DNA from: Rhizaria sp. SCN 62-66
Taxonomy: Eukaryota
Reading direction: 5' to 3'
NCBI GenBank assembly: GCA_001724265.1
Contig: MEDY01000293.1
Coordinates: forward strand, 1 to 63,805
Length of the DNA: 63,805 bases
A program made the translations under genes and the position numbers. Positions 62,501 to 63,805 of this stretch are shown here, in pieces. Numbering within the stretch: position 1 is the first letter of the stretch; each line of letters opens with the position of its first letter. The notes under the pieces are model-generated. The model was not told where the DNA came from. It ran no database searches and worked only from the letters and a program-made list of their open reading frames with translations.

Positions 62501-63805
62501 CAGAGCCAGCTGAGCCGGGGGGCAACATGCCCGTCGCAGAGGCGGTGGCACCCATCGCGGCGACCGCGGCGGGGCCGTTGACGGCGAGCACGGCGGCCGC
62601 GGCGGCCGAGGCCTGCGCGGCGGCCTCCTGCGGCGCGGGCGTCTGCTTCGGCGGCAGCACGTCGACGGAGAACTCGCCACTCTCGGCGTCCTGCGTCGCC
62701 AGCGTGCCGGCCTCGAAGTCGAGCGCGTAGAGGTGCCGCGGCGCCAGCAGCGCGCCGTGCGGCACGTCGGCACGCACAAGCCGCGCCAGCAGCGCGCGCG
62801 ACAGGGGCGCCTCGTCGGCGTTGGTGACGAGCGCGCCCGAGCCCGGCACCAGCGGCGCGAGCGCGCGCATGGCGAGGCTGTCGCGTGTGGTCATGACGTC
62901 ACCCGCGGAGGCGGCGTCGGCGGGCGCGGCGTGGGACGGGTCCAGCGGGAGCCCGTCAGCGCCGCACGCGCGCAGCACCTGCCACGGCACGTACACCACG
63001 CAGCGGTCCACGGACGCCTCCAGGTCCGGCAGCTCGGGCTCCGCAAACGAGAAGTCCGTGCTGCCCGAGGAGCCGGCGCCGGCGGCAGTGCTGCCGAAGG
63101 TGTTGGCGGCCGCGATGGCGGGCGCGCGCGCGGCGGCGGCGGGGCGCGGGGCAGTGGTGGCGCGGCCCAGCTCGCCGACCGCGGGCGCGGCGGGCGCGCA
63201 CGCGATGAGTGGGCCGGCCGTGTTGCGGAAGACGACGCCGCCGTTGGGGCAGCGCACGAGCGCGGAGCCGTCGGGCAGGTGCACGGCGACGGTGACGTCG
63301 ACCACACCGGCGTCGTCGAACCACCCCGCCGCTGCCTCGGCCTGCACGCGCGCGTTGTACGCGTGCGCCTGCGCATCGTACGCAGCCGCGCCGCCGTCGT
63401 CGTCGTAATCGAGGCCGTGGCCGTGCATGTCGGCCAGGTCGTCGCCCCAATTAGGGCTGGTGCGCGCGGCGGCGCGGGCGAGCTTCTCCGCGGCCGTCGA
63501 CGCGCGCAGCTGGCGCGTCACCACCACAGGCGGCTGCCCGGGCGCCTCGACCGTCACGACGCCCACGTCGCCGACCGCGGGGCCGCTGCCGTGGCTGCCG
63601 GCGTGCGCGCCGCTCGAGGTGGCGAAGGGCAGGTCGCGGAACATGCGCGTGCCATCGGCGTGCTGCGCGAGCGAAGAGCCGTCGGCGTAGAGCACAAAGC
63701 GCGCGCCGTCTTGCCGCGCGAGCGTGACGGCCTTGGTCACTGGGTCCAGCGACGTCGCCGTCTGCACCGCGCTGGGCGCCAGCACCAGCCCGCACAGCGC
63801 GGCCG
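59511..63805 (-). CDS. SPAG17: 5'-truncated SPAG17/PF6-like axonemal central-pair protein (C-terminal part) with a PUB-like segment
   Basis: Frame is open from the window end. TSLDPVTKAVTLARQDGARFVLYADGSSLAQHADGTRM and EPRLFVVSRDGSGAEL resemble conserved PF6/SPAG17 C-terminal blocks. TAA stop. Confidence 0.6.
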   Translation of the reverse strand, partial: AALCGLVLAPSAVQTATSLDPVTKAVTLARQDGARFVLYADGSSLAQHADGTRMFRDLPFATSSGAHAGSHGSGPAVGDVGVVTVEAPGQPPVVVTRQLRASTAAEKLARAAARTSPNWGDDLADMHGHGLDYDDDGGAAAYDAQAHAYNARVQAEAAAGWFDDAGVVDVTVAVHLPDGSALVRCPNGGVVFRNTAGPLIACAPAAPAVGELGRATTAPRPAAAARAPAIAAANTFGSTAAGAGSSGSTDFSFAEPELPDLEASVDRCVVYVPWQVLRACGADGLPLDPSHAAPADAASAGDVMTTRDSLAMRALAPLVPGSGALVTNADEAPLSRALLARLVRADVPHGALLAPRHLYALDFEAGTLATQDAESGEFSVDVLPPKQTPAPQEAAAQASAAAAAVLAVNGPAAVAAMGATASATGMLPPGSAGSAAGVVGGDAAAAAGGAAGPAPTAAMTAAATARAQELQRQITAAELAGNFQLAASLRAAADRPRAAAAAGAGASGSGAGVGVGSLSSLSIGAAADAEEDDPDGLRFGAVSLLPRDRHRAPAYGGDGSSGPGASNTALTVSGGIPARFYPSCTAAAAEPRLFVVSRDGSGAELCAPWQSHVRQFFARALLDGVTAFAPPEPVVVAPLAADDVGAGAGADAFVDTGCVSHRFLTPVAIPKSYHRVPQLPSATRANAGAGSGIGGHGTAKSIVALTAAAGPGAVLTAGGTQVGDAGSIYCSTVSVAPAAGGKRSAAVAAAVTNGGARSGPGLGLLSCAIAADRSSALSALASVPGAAAAARFVLRQFVEQPALTPTAVLAAWQRLNHYLTTVATAHRGGDSTLALVHTRAARSDAASSLGLALRAGLSSVATPGMLEHLDEDDAEGGLEAAVASAGARLAALSLGERGAAAAQTDMAIGDVANAVIAQTQAQAGAQRAAQAAALASSESMRTLAASASTGAGAGAGWADHGGVGRHIRDTFVHPRAGAFTGSGAAGYFAPQTASSTLFALQCAMDDFLLRASGGAAGTPVPVGVARALLAGLSAAATLIARVFSSPFDPALRAIDLRDDTWAPAVDPHPLLPATVARLLAALGYANADADAGDGFALADGLWLQQCSDERLADGLKVLQRELKRLARAFRLPEPESVVADGLDPDQPSATDAEAEAQAAAEAEAAGLAPPAPAAAVALHRTSALLAQAQALRDSGAHRLMTPSLAAGGVDRATGAPLLRHASDAAGAALSTTERKTLLLQTGKHSATAANNSTNSGDSSDEDDAAAGDAPPADWIPVSQYEGRLPAPAAAVAAAARQARRDDVMRKYALAPTVHLPRGQSFVYPPPPLRSNPRAVAAEAAARSSARPGHLVGARGAVTLTSATPVAEAPGAPLGALSVGEAAKLVRLQKTYMAQKRLAEEAQQQMQQQQQQAAQTGQVPDVLPPIQGTRF

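Overview
This is gene-dense nuclear DNA from a eukaryote, not a prokaryote. Roughly 80% is coding. The exons are very GC-rich and Ala-rich, separated by AT-rich spacers and a few GT-AG spliceosomal introns. SDHA, ATP synthase e and CLU1 point to aerobic mitochondria, and a SPAG17/PF6-like gene points to a flagellum, so it is most likely a protist. I find 17 protein-coding genes: a partial membrane protein, an IPT/TIG surface receptor, CCT7, zuotin/DNAJC2, RPP21, a CaaX/RVxF protein, PRKRIP1, an LPAAT, an HACD-SDR-like fusion, URB2, CLU1, ATP synthase e, a PAP2 phosphatase, SDHA, an orphan, GCN1 and a partial SPAG17. The most striking signal is in the receptor gene, which carries one in-frame TAG inside a repeated domain motif, while none of the 17 genes terminates with TAG (11 TAA, 6 TGA). 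This suggests a variant nuclear code with UAG as a sense codon, or programmed readthrough, though a single base error is not excluded. Other points of interest are the dehydratase-reductase-like fusion, a PUB-like insert in PF6, a 550-aa insertion between PAP2 catalytic motifs, a stop-free in-frame intron, pervasive 5'-UTR acceptor sites and a recurrent non-coding TCACAGTC motif. All product calls come from recognising motifs by eye; no database searches were run.
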